64,000 bases of DNA from an uncultured delta proteobacterium (GCA_963775425.1 CAVZJB010000007.1:160001-224000), one strand, 5' to 3'. Positions 30,069 through 38,450 are shown, numbered from the stretch's first letter. Numbers and translations are program-made. Notes: generated from the sequence alone by a model not told the origin.

Positions 30069-31181
30069 TCAGTTGTGTTGGTTGAAGAGGGTGCGGATCG
30101 CGTTCTTCCGCGAGTGGTTGGCCTGCCAGAAGGTGTACGTCGAGTGGCTCACCAGGCCGTTCCTGCCGTTGAGCCAGTCCTGCACCTGGGCGCGCAGCGA
30201 CGCCTTCATGTGGACGCCGACGTAGATGGCGTGGATGTGGCGGATCTCGCTCGAGGGCCAGCCGTCGTGGCCGGGGTTGCGGAAGAAGGCCGCGAAGCCC
30301 TGGTCGGCGAGCCGCGTGAGGAGCGCGCGCACCTGCGCGTTGCTCATGCCGGCGGTCCGCAGGTCCGTCGCCGCGCAGTAGGCGAAGCCGCCGGCGGTGC
30401 CGTCCTGCGCGTGCGTGCCCGCCGACGCGGCGGCGTTGCCGATGGTCTGCGAGATCCCGCTCGCGCTGATCCCGGCGCAGCGCAGGTGATCGGACTGCCT
30501 CGGCGCCAAGCCCCACCGCAGCTGGCTGTGGTGCGCGCAGGTGTCGGTGCTCTCGCAGCGATCGTCGTGACCCGGCGCCGCCACGATGCACGACGCGTCA
30601 CAGCGCTGCGCCACCGCCGCCGGCCCGGGGCCGTTGCACTGGTACAGCACGTTGGCGTTGGCGTGCGTCACCTTGTCGCCGCCGCAGTAGTAGCCGACGT
30701 GGGCGTTGGCGTCGCAGCGCGGCGGCGGCGGCGCGCTGCAGTAGTCGTCGTGGCCCGCCGCGGCGACATGGCAGCCGTTCGCGCACGACCTGACCACGGT
30801 GGCGGGGCCGGGCCCGTGGCAACGGTAGAGGGTGTTGCGGTTGCCGTTGTTGACCTTGTCGCCGCCGCAGTAGTCGCCCGTATGCGCGTTCGATGCGCAC
30901 CTCGCGCCGGTCGAGAACGCTTGCACGTCGGTGTCGCCGCCGGCGTCGTCGTAGGGGACGTCCTCGTCGTCGACAGGCGGCGGCTCCTCCTCGCCCTCGT
31001 ACCCGGGGCCCTCCTCGCCGACCCCATTGTCCACGAGCGACATGCCGTCGTCGGCGGGCTCGTCATCGGGGGGCGCGACCCCGTCATCCAGCTGTCCGTG
31101 CACGGTTACGACGGTCGGCCCGCACGCGGTGAAGACAACGACGAGCGCGCCGACGAGGGGGGCGAGGAGTGGTTTCGTCAT
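30069..31181 (-). CDS. Lipoprotein: acidic linker, two six-Cys modules, endolysin-like zinc peptidase domain
   Basis: Lipobox FTAC; two 54-aa repeats; C-terminal ASAGTH...AATDL...GFAAFFR...HIHA...QVQDWLNGRNGL, recalling LAS/M15-type phage lysin domains. Confidence 0.72.
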   Translation of the reverse strand: MTKPLLAPLVGALVVVFTACGPTVVTVHGQLDDGVAPPDDEPADDGMSLVDNGVGEEGPGYEGEEEPPPVDDEDVPYDDAGGDTDVQAFSTGARCASNAHTGDYCGGDKVNNGNRNTLYRCHGPGPATVVRSCANGCHVAAAGHDDYCSAPPPPRCDANAHVGYYCGGDKVTHANANVLYQCNGPGPAAVAQRCDASCIVAAPGHDDRCESTDTCAHHSQLRWGLAPRQSDHLRCAGISASGISQTIGNAAASAGTHAQDGTAGGFAYCAATDLRTAGMSNAQVRALLTRLADQGFAAFFRNPGHDGWPSSEIRHIHAIYVGVHMKASLRAQVQDWLNGRNGLVSHSTYTFWQANHSRKNAIRTLFNQHN

Positions 31182-31217
31182 GGGCGGCACTATGGAGGCT
31201 CGCCGGCGCGCGCGTCG

Positions 31218-31243
31218 TGGGTCGCGTGGTGTCCTGTGGTGTC
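31218..31243 (-). promoter_or_regulatory. Three 10-bp-phased GACACC-like direct repeats upstream of the peptidase lipoprotein gene
   Basis: Minus strand GACACCacagGACACCacgcGACCCA, ending 23 nt before a -10-like CATAGT (31189-31194). Confidence 0.7.
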
Positions 31244-31290
31244 TCCCCGGATTCCCTCGGTCGAACGCGTGGTTGCGTGTGCTCCTGGCT

Positions 31291-31299
31291 TGCTAACGT
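31291..31299 (+). promoter_or_regulatory. Extended -10 element of a probable leaderless transcript
   Basis: TGcTAACGT, 6 nt before GTG 31306. Confidence 0.55.
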
Positions 31300-31305
31300 G
31301 ATGTC

Positions 31306-31785
31306 GTGATGACGGCGCTGGCCCGCTTGATCGTCGCGGCGCTCCTCGCGCAGGCCGCGGCGTGCTCGCTCTTCTCCTCCGACGTCGCCTGCGACGACCG
31401 CACGCCGTGCCCCGTCGGCGCCTGTGCCCCGAGCGGCTTCTGCGCGGCCGGCGAGGGCAAAGGCGAAGGTGAAGGTGAAGGTGAAGGCGAAGGAGAGGGC
31501 GAGGGAGAGGGCGAAGGAGAGGGCGAAGGAGAGGGCGAGGGAGAGGGCGAAGGAGAAGGTGAAGGTGAAGGTGAAGGAGAAGGCGAAGGAGAGGGCGAGG
31601 GCGAGCCTGCGGCGACGTGCGACGCGGACGCCGTGCTCGGCGACTACTGCGCCGGCGACAAGATCACCAACGGCGCACCGGGCATCCTCTATCGCTGCCA
31701 GGGGCCGGGGCCCGCCGAGGTGCACGAGACCTGTGCCACGGCCTGCGTGATCGCGGCGGCTGGGCAGGACGACTTCTGTCGATGA
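31306..31785 (+). CDS. Small lipoprotein: Cys knot, (GE)n linker, one six-Cys module
   Basis: Lipobox AAAC; CDDRTPCPVGACAPSGFC; 26 G-E/K dipeptides; module homologous to those of the divergent gene; ATGA overlap with the kinase. Confidence 0.8.
   Translation: MMTALARLIVAALLAQAAACSLFSSDVACDDRTPCPVGACAPSGFCAAGEGKGEGEGEGEGEGEGEGEGEGEGEGEGEGEGEGEGEGEGEGEGEGEGEGEPAATCDADAVLGDYCAGDKITNGAPGILYRCQGPGPAEVHETCATACVIAAAGQDDFCR
31450..31605 (+). repeat. (Gly-Glu)26 coding hexanucleotide repeat
   Basis: Mixed synonymous units ggcgag/ggtgaa/ggagag/ggcgaa; one unit is GK. Confidence 0.9.
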
Positions 31786-33473
31786 GCGATCGCCCGAAGC
31801 GCTTCGGCGACTACACGCTGCTGACGAAGCTCGCGGAGGGGGGCATGGGCTCCATCCACCTCGCGAAGCGCGTCGGCTTTCGCGCGGACATCCAACGTTT
31901 TCTCGTGGTGAAGAAGCTCCTGCGCGGGCGCGCCGGCCCGCGCGATCTGCGCCGCTTCGAGGACGAGGCGCGCATCGCGGTCACGCTCAACCACCGCGCG
32001 CTGTGCCAGGTCTTCGACGTCGGCATCGTCGACGACGAGCACTACCTCGCGATGGAGCTCGTCGAGGGCGTCACCCTCCAGCGCGCCGCCGCCGCCGCGC
32101 GCTTCAGCGCCGCAGTCGCCCTCTACGTCATCGACGAGATGCTCGACGCGCTCGACTACGCGCACAACCTCAGAGACCCCGCCACCGGCCAGGCGCTCCA
32201 CATCGTCCACCGCGACGTCTCGTCGCACAACGTGATGCTCTCGTTTTCGGGCGCGGTGAAGCTCATCGACTTCGGCCTCGTGTCGTCGACGCTGAAGCAA
32301 GAGAAGACCGTGGGCGGTGTCGTCGTCGGCAAGCTCGAGTACATGTCGCCGGAGCAGGCGCGGGCCGAGCCCCTCGACGCGCGGTCCGACGTCTACGCCG
32401 CCGCCGTCATCGCGTACGAGCTCCTCAGCGGCCGGCGCTTCTATGAAGGGCTCTCTGCAGGCGCGGTGATGACGGCCGTCGTCGACGGCAGCTACCTGCC
32501 TTCGTTCGACGGCGTCGATCCCACCCTCGTCGGACCGCTCACGCGCGCGCTCACTGGCGAGCGAGAGGAGCGCACCCCGTCCTGTGCCGCTCTGCAAGCC
32601 GAGCTCGCCGCGGCGGGGCTGCCGCGCGGGTCGAGCCGCGACCTGCGCGACGCGCTCCAGCAAGCGCTCCCCGAAGAGCAAGCGCGGCTCGAGGCGCTGA
32701 TGCGGAGCTTCCGCGACGTCGGCGTCGAGCCGCCGCCCGACGTCGCCACCAGGGTCAGGCACATCGCGCGCTCCGACGAGGACGTCAGCGCCGCTCCCCC
32801 TGCGCAGCCCGCGGTGACGGCAGGGCCCTCGCCCGTCCCGCGGGATCCGTCGATCGCCGCGCCCGACATCTTCACCGAGCCGACGCTCATCGCCCGCGCC
32901 CGCCGGCCCGCGAACGCGCGTCGCGACGGAGCGCCGCCCCGGCTCGCCCTCGGCGCGCTCGCCGTGCTCGCGCTCGGCGTCGTCATCACCCTCGCCTACG
33001 TCGTCGTCGCACCCGCCGGCGAGCAGACCGTCACAGGCGCCACCGCCGACGCAGGCGGCGTGACGGGGCGCGCGCCGCAGGCCGCCGACGCCGGCGACGT
33101 CGCCGCCAGCGCTGTCGAAGGCGACGAAGACGACGTCGCCGCCAGCGCCGTCGAAGGCGGAGGAGACGGAGGCGACGAAGCCGGCGCGGGCGGCGCAGGC
33201 GGCGCGAACGTCGTCGACGCCGGCGGCGCAGGCGGCGCGAAGCTCGTCGACGCCGGCGGCCACCGAGCGCACAAGGCGAGGCGCGTGCGGCCGCCCGACA
33301 CGCCGCTGCCCGACCTCGCCGCGCACCTCGACTACCTGGCGCGCTGGTGCGCGCGGACGCCCTGCGCGCGACGCGTGCTCGCGGCGCGCGGCCGCGTCCC
33401 CGTGCTCGACGTCGCGGGCCTCCACGCCCTGCGCCGCGACGCCGAAACATGCGTGGTAGAGTGCCGCCGTTGA
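31782..33473 (+). CDS. Membrane-anchored Ser/Thr protein kinase
   Basis: LAEGGMG, VVKK, HRDVSSHN, DFG, GKLEYMSPEQ; TM LALGALAVLALGVVITLAYVVVA; acidic linker; small Cys-containing C-terminus. Confidence 0.92.
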   Translation: MSDRPKRFGDYTLLTKLAEGGMGSIHLAKRVGFRADIQRFLVVKKLLRGRAGPRDLRRFEDEARIAVTLNHRALCQVFDVGIVDDEHYLAMELVEGVTLQRAAAAARFSAAVALYVIDEMLDALDYAHNLRDPATGQALHIVHRDVSSHNVMLSFSGAVKLIDFGLVSSTLKQEKTVGGVVVGKLEYMSPEQARAEPLDARSDVYAAAVIAYELLSGRRFYEGLSAGAVMTAVVDGSYLPSFDGVDPTLVGPLTRALTGEREERTPSCAALQAELAAAGLPRGSSRDLRDALQQALPEEQARLEALMRSFRDVGVEPPPDVATRVRHIARSDEDVSAAPPAQPAVTAGPSPVPRDPSIAAPDIFTEPTLIARARRPANARRDGAPPRLALGALAVLALGVVITLAYVVVAPAGEQTVTGATADAGGVTGRAPQAADAGDVAASAVEGDEDDVAASAVEGGGDGGDEAGAGGAGGANVVDAGGAGGAKLVDAGGHRAHKARRVRPPDTPLPDLAAHLDYLARWCARTPCARRVLAARGRVPVLDVAGLHALRRDAETCVVECRR

Positions 33474-33486
33474 CACGAGCCCGCTG

Positions 33487-34476
33487 TTGATCGTCGCCGT
33501 CACGCTGTTCAGCTCCTTGCTCTCGTCCGCGCCGACGCCGGCCGCTCCAGTCGCGCTGTTCGGGTCGTTGCCCGCGGCGACGACGCCGACCGTCGCCGTC
33601 ATGCCCGTGCGCGGTCCCGACCCCGAGCCAGCGCAGGCGGCCATTCGCGGCGCCGTCGCTGCGAGCACCGAGGTGAACGCCGTCGCCACCGACGCCCTCG
33701 GCCACCTCATCGAGCGCGCCGCCGCGAGCGGCATCTCCTGCGAGCCCACGCGTGCCGACTGCGCCACGCGCATCTGCGCCTTCGGCGGCCTCGACTTCGT
33801 GATCGTCGCGCGCCTCGAGGACGCGCGCGCCACGCTCTCCCTGCACGACTGCGTCGACGGCCGCCAGGTGCGCGCCGCCGCCGCCGTCCTCGGCGCCGGC
33901 GCGGCCGCGCGCGACGCCGGGCTCGCCGCGCTGACCCACGCGGTGCTCGGCGAGACCGAGGCGCGCGGGCGGCTCGCCGTCACCGCGCCGGCGGGCGTCG
34001 TCGTCGTCGACGGTGTCCCGGGCGGCCCGGCGCCCATCGCCTTCAGCCTCGTCGCCGGACCGCACGAGGTCGCGTGGCGCCCGAGCCGCGGCGGCGCGCC
34101 GCAGCGGCGGACCGTCGAGGTCCCGGCGGCCGCGACGGTCGACGTCGCGTTCGCCGCCGACGACGGCGAGACCCGCGCGGGCGGCGCGCTCGCGTCGTCA
34201 CCGTCATCGCCGTCGTCGTCATCGTCGTCGTCGTCGCTCTGGCCGCCGCTCGCGCTCGGCGGGCTCGCTGTCGGGAGCGCGCTCGCCGTCGGCGGCGGCG
34301 TGGGCGCGCTGATCGTGGCGCCCACGGAGCGCGCGCGCTACTCCGCGCGCCAGTACAACGACGCCGTCACGCTCGGGCGCGCGTCCCTCGGCGTCGGCGT
34401 GGTCGGCGCCGTGCTCGCCGTCGTCGCCGGCGCCGCGCTCGTGTGGGTGCCCGCGGACGCCGAGGGCTCCCGGTGA
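33487..34476 (+). CDS. Secreted PEGA-like domain protein with a Gly-rich hydrophobic C-terminus
   Basis: Signal-like N-terminus; C-x5-C-x4-C cluster; GRLAVTAPAGVVVVDG...GPHEV. Confidence 0.6.
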   Translation: MIVAVTLFSSLLSSAPTPAAPVALFGSLPAATTPTVAVMPVRGPDPEPAQAAIRGAVAASTEVNAVATDALGHLIERAAASGISCEPTRADCATRICAFGGLDFVIVARLEDARATLSLHDCVDGRQVRAAAAVLGAGAAARDAGLAALTHAVLGETEARGRLAVTAPAGVVVVDGVPGGPAPIAFSLVAGPHEVAWRPSRGGAPQRRTVEVPAAATVDVAFAADDGETRAGGALASSPSSPSSSSSSSSLWPPLALGGLAVGSALAVGGGVGALIVAPTERARYSARQYNDAVTLGRASLGVGVVGAVLAVVAGAALVWVPADAEGSR

Positions 34477-37202
34477 CCTCGCCGCGCGTGCCGTTGCTCC
34501 TGCAGCCCGCGAACCCGCCGGTGCCCTTCGTGGGCCGCGCGGCGGAGAGCGCGCGCCTCGCGACCTTGATCGAGCGCGGGCCGATCGCCATCGTGTGCGG
34601 GCTCTCGGGCGTGGGCAAGTCCGGCGTGCTCACGGCCACGCTGGCGACGCGCTTCGCCGACGAGCGCGAGCGCACCGTCGTCGTCGACGCCAACGACGAC
34701 GGCGGCGGCGTCGCCGGCGCGCTGCGGGCGCTCCAGCAGATCGGTGTGCGGCCGCCGGCGCATGATGCGCCGGCCGCGCGACGGTCTGCGCACGTCGCTC
34801 ACGACCCACGCGCCTCGACGCCCGCCGCTGCGGCCGCGGCCGGCGCTTTGGTCGAAGCGCTCGAGTCGGAGGGGCTCTGGCTCCTCGTCGAGAACCTCGA
34901 GCGGATCGACGACGAGCTGCGCGAGGCCCTCACGCTCGCCCAGCGCCACTGTCGAAGGGCGCGCATCCTCTGCGTCGTCCGCGAAGACCCGCGCGCCCCC
35001 GCGCTCGCCCCTCACACGATCACCATCGGTGCGCTGTCGGCGGCGGAGCTGCGCGCGCTGCTCGACGAGATCGAGCCCGGGCTCTCGGAGACGGAGGCCG
35101 CCGGCATTGTCGCGCACGCCAAGGGCTCGCCGTGGCGTCTGCGGCAGCTCTCGCTCGGCGGCGTCGTCGACGAGGCGGGCCCCGAGAAGTCGTTGCTGAT
35201 GTTGGCGCCGGTGGCGGTCGGGTTGCTGCGGACGCTCGCGCTCCTGCCGTCGAGCGTGCCGCAGCCGGTGCTCGCGCGCGCGACGCGGCTGCCGTCGAAC
35301 GACGCCGTGGAGTCGCTCGCGCGCCGCGGGTACGTCGAGATCTCCGCGCGCGGCGTCCGCTTGCACGACGCCGCCCGCCCGCTCGTCGAGGCGCTCCTCG
35401 ACGCCGACGAGCGCGCCGCGCGCGCGCACAAGCTCGCGCGCGCGATCGCCGACGCCGGCAGCGCCGAGCTCGGCGCGGCCGCCCTCGGCTTGCTGCGCGC
35501 CGCAGGCGACGCGGACGCCGTGCGGATCTTCCTCGAGCGCCACGGCGCCGCGCTGTGCGACGCCGGCCACGCCGCGGCGCTGCTCGACGTCGTCACCCAC
35601 GTCGGCGCGGCCGCGACGGACGGCGCGCCGGCGCTCGAGGCGTGGGCGTGCCGGCTCGCGCTGGACGCCGGCGGCGACGCCCTCGTCCGCGCCGCCGTCC
35701 GCGCCGACGACGCTGACGACGCCGACGCAGCCACGCTCGCGCTCCGCGCCGCGGTGCTCGCCGCGCGGGGCGAGCTCGCCCGCGCGTGCGCCGTCGCCCG
35801 CGCGGCGCTCGCGGCGCGCTCGTCGACGGGCGGGCCGGACGCGGGCACGGCGCTGCGCGCCCTCGAGGTCCTCCTCTGCGCGCGCGACGACGACGGCGAC
35901 CGCGCGATCCTCGCGGGCCTCCGGCAGGACGCGCTCGCGAGCGAGGCCGACGCGGTGCGCCGGGCGGCCTTGGCGCACACGCCCGACGGCGACGGCGACG
36001 CCCTCGTACACCGCTTCGCCCGTCTGCCGCGCGAAGGGCAACACGCGCTCGTCGCGCTCGTCGCCCGCGCGCTGCGCACCGCGGGCGACGCGCGCGGCGC
36101 CCAGGCGGTCCTCGCGATGACGCCGGCAGCGCCGGCGGATGAGCAGCGATATGCGCCGGCGACGGCGAGCGCCCGAGCGGCGGAGCTCGAGCGCGCCCAC
36201 GTCGCGCTCGCGCTCGGGGACCTCGCCGGTGCCGGCGCCCGCTTCGCGCGCGCCGCCGCGGCCGCGGCCACCACGCCGCTCGACAACGCCGAGGCGCGCC
36301 TCGGGGCGCTCGCGGTCCGCCTCGCCCGCGGCGAGCTGCGGGGCGTCGACGCCGAGCTCGCCGCCGTCGTCGCGGTGGTGCAGGAGCGCGAGGCGCCGCC
36401 GGCGCTGGCGCGGATGGCGGACGCGCTGACGACGAGCCTCGCCTTGCTCGCGGGCAAGAGCGCCCACCGCCCGGTGCCGTCGCTCGAGGAGGCGCGCAAG
36501 GCGCGGGCGCGCGCCCGCGACGCGGGGCTGGTCATCGACGCGCTCGACGCCGCCGTCGCCTGCATCGACGCCGCCATCATCGCCGGCGACCGCACCTGCG
36601 TCGCGGTCGAAGCCGAGCAGCTCGCCGCCGCGAGCGCGAGCGTGGGGAGCCGCCGCTACGCGCTGCACGCGCGCTTCGGCGCGCTGGCTGCGCGGGACGG
36701 GGCGGAGGCGAGCGCGTTCGTGCAGCTCGCGCAGGCCATGCAGCACAGCCCGATCGTCGCGCGGAGGGCCACGGCGCTCCTCGGTGAGGCCGTGCCGCTC
36801 GACGACGTCGATCGCGCCGTGCTCGCGGCGATGCCGGGGTACGCCGCGCGACCGCCGCCGGCGTCGGTGGTGCGGCAGGCCGCGGGGCCCGAGTGGACCG
36901 TGGACGCGGCCACCATGCGCATCATCCTCGTCGACGGCCGCACCGTCGAGCTCGCTCACAGGAAGGTGCTCTTCGACGTCCTCGCCACGCTCTGCGCCAA
37001 CGGCGGCGCGGCCACCAAGGAGCAACTGCTCGAGCGCGCGTGGGGCGTGCGCGACTACCACCCGCTCCGGCACGACAACCGGCTCAAGGTGGCCGTGCGC
37101 AAGCTCCGCCGCCTCCTCGAAGAGACGCTCGGCGACGATCCGATCGAGAGCGCCGACGACGGATATCGCCTGCGCGGCAAGGTGCGCTTCCTGCGCGGGT
37201 GA
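34473..37202 (+). CDS. P-loop NTPase (STAND-like)/helical repeat/C-terminal OmpR-type winged-helix regulator
   Basis: FVGRAAE, Walker A GLSGVGKS, WLLVENLE, GSPWRL; C-terminus ATKEQLLERAWG...NRLKVAVRKLRRLL...GYRL; GTGA overlap. Confidence 0.8.
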   Translation: MTSPRVPLLLQPANPPVPFVGRAAESARLATLIERGPIAIVCGLSGVGKSGVLTATLATRFADERERTVVVDANDDGGGVAGALRALQQIGVRPPAHDAPAARRSAHVAHDPRASTPAAAAAAGALVEALESEGLWLLVENLERIDDELREALTLAQRHCRRARILCVVREDPRAPALAPHTITIGALSAAELRALLDEIEPGLSETEAAGIVAHAKGSPWRLRQLSLGGVVDEAGPEKSLLMLAPVAVGLLRTLALLPSSVPQPVLARATRLPSNDAVESLARRGYVEISARGVRLHDAARPLVEALLDADERAARAHKLARAIADAGSAELGAAALGLLRAAGDADAVRIFLERHGAALCDAGHAAALLDVVTHVGAAATDGAPALEAWACRLALDAGGDALVRAAVRADDADDADAATLALRAAVLAARGELARACAVARAALAARSSTGGPDAGTALRALEVLLCARDDDGDRAILAGLRQDALASEADAVRRAALAHTPDGDGDALVHRFARLPREGQHALVALVARALRTAGDARGAQAVLAMTPAAPADEQRYAPATASARAAELERAHVALALGDLAGAGARFARAAAAAATTPLDNAEARLGALAVRLARGELRGVDAELAAVVAVVQEREAPPALARMADALTTSLALLAGKSAHRPVPSLEEARKARARARDAGLVIDALDAAVACIDAAIIAGDRTCVAVEAEQLAAASASVGSRRYALHARFGALAARDGAEASAFVQLAQAMQHSPIVARRATALLGEAVPLDDVDRAVLAAMPGYAARPPPASVVRQAAGPEWTVDAATMRIILVDGRTVELAHRKVLFDVLATLCANGGAATKEQLLERAWGVRDYHPLRHDNRLKVAVRKLRRLLEETLGDDPIESADDGYRLRGKVRFLRG

Positions 37203-37260
37203 CCGCCTCCCGCGCGCCTCGCACCGCCTCGCGTGGTGCGGGCGCGGGCGGCGCGCGGGC

Positions 37261-37286
37261 GACGCCCGAGGACACCGCCCGACACC
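37261..37286 (+). promoter_or_regulatory. Three 10-bp-phased GACACC-like direct repeats upstream of the EEP lipoprotein gene
   Basis: GACGCCcgagGACACCgcccGACACC, ending 21 nt before a -10-like CACAAT (37308-37313). Confidence 0.7.
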
Positions 37287-37319
37287 CCTGCCCTCCTGCG
37301 CGGCGGACACAATGGCGCC

Positions 37320-38435
37320 ATGTGGAACAGCAAGCTCCGCCCGCTCCTCTCGCTGCTCGCGCTCGCTCTCGGCACCGTCGCCTGCGGCGGCCCGCTGGAC
37401 GACGCCGCCCCCGTCGCCGTCTACGCCGACGAGGGGAGCGTCCCCGCAGATGAGCCGCCGGGCGACGACGTCGACGCCGACGACGTCGACGTCGGCCCGA
37501 GCGCGGACGTCGCCGACGACGACGTCGCCGACGACGGCGACGTGGGCGACGTGGGCGACGTGGGCGACGTGGGCGACGTGGGCGACGTGGGCGACGCGGG
37601 CGACGCGGGCGACGGGGGCGATGAGGCGGGTGACGCCGGCGCCGGCACGCTCGGCGGGCAGGTGGCGGCGCTTGGCCGGTGCCCGGCCTACACCACGCGC
37701 CACCTGCAGGCGTCGATGCAGCACACGGACTCCGTGGCGCAACGGCGCGCGGCGATCGACAAGGCCTTTCGCAACCCCGACGGCAACAGCCCGGACACCA
37801 TCAGTTGGACCGAGATCGAGACGCAGGCGCAGATCGATCGCATCAACAACAGGAGCGGGTGGGCGACGTATTGGCCGGTTCACCACAGCCACCCCGTGGT
37901 GAGCGCGCGCAACGCCGTCCCGATCTCGTGGAAGAAGAGCGTCTATCGCTTCATCAGCGGCAGCTCACACAAGGCGTCCGACGGCTTGGCCGGCGTGTCG
38001 CCGAACCGCTACGTCACGCGCGTGCGCCTGCGCCACATCCCGAGCGGGACCATCGTCATCCGCGTCGCGACCCACACGGTCTCCGCCGTCGATCACCCCA
38101 CGAACCACATCGCCTATCGCCTCGCCACGCACCGCAAGGACATCGCGATGTTCAACACGGTGATGGCCGGCGCGGCGTTCCCCGTGATCGGCTCCGGCGA
38201 CTTCAACACGGCGCACTTGCGCAGCAAGCTCCGCGACGAAAACCACGGCGTGCAGCCGTACGTATTCGACGTGCCCGCGCACGGCGGCTCGCACGGCAGC
38301 CACCTGCTCGACTGGATCGTGCGCCGAAAGAGCGACGGCGACGCGTACCGCCTCAGGAGCGTGCGCTTCATCGATCTCAGCCCGTCCGACCACAAGGGCG
38401 TGCGCGCTCGCTACACGTATCGCCCCTGCGGTTGA
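37320..38435 (+). CDS. Lipoprotein with an acidic linker and an endonuclease/exonuclease/phosphatase (EEP) domain
   Basis: Lipobox TVAC; EEP residues WTE, ATH, GDFN, LDW, SDH. Confidence 0.82.
   Translation: MWNSKLRPLLSLLALALGTVACGGPLDDAAPVAVYADEGSVPADEPPGDDVDADDVDVGPSADVADDDVADDGDVGDVGDVGDVGDVGDVGDAGDAGDGGDEAGDAGAGTLGGQVAALGRCPAYTTRHLQASMQHTDSVAQRRAAIDKAFRNPDGNSPDTISWTEIETQAQIDRINNRSGWATYWPVHHSHPVVSARNAVPISWKKSVYRFISGSSHKASDGLAGVSPNRYVTRVRLRHIPSGTIVIRVATHTVSAVDHPTNHIAYRLATHRKDIAMFNTVMAGAAFPVIGSGDFNTAHLRSKLRDENHGVQPYVFDVPAHGGSHGSHLLDWIVRRKSDGDAYRLRSVRFIDLSPSDHKGVRARYTYRPCG
37536..37625 (+). repeat. 9-bp coding tandem repeat (GDV)6 plus four variants
   Basis: Six exact ggcgacgtg units, then ggcgacgcg x2, ggcgacggg and ggcgatgag. 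Confidence 0.9.
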
Positions 38436-38450
38436 GCGCCCGCGAGGGCG

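Noticed and set aside
30069-31181. Prophage, suggested by the lysin-like domain
   Set aside because: No holin, structural, integrase or replication genes nearby, and the protein has a host-type lipoprotein signal.
34473-37202. STAND NTPase as an Avs-type anti-phage defence protein
   Set aside because: No nuclease, TIR or SIR2 effector; the C-terminal winged helix and flanking direct repeats favour a transcription regulator.
37536-37625. Short tandem repeats here and at 31450, 46690, 20065 and 51420 as a CRISPR array
   Set aside because: No unique spacers, all are in-frame coding repeats, and no cas genes are present.
34338-37892. Long antisense or alternative-frame ORFs (e.g. 1184 aa here, also 9241-11742, 44857-47409, 57753-60458)
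   Set aside because: Arg/Ala/Gly-rich shadows of real genes, expected from stop-codon scarcity at very high GC; no recognisable motifs.
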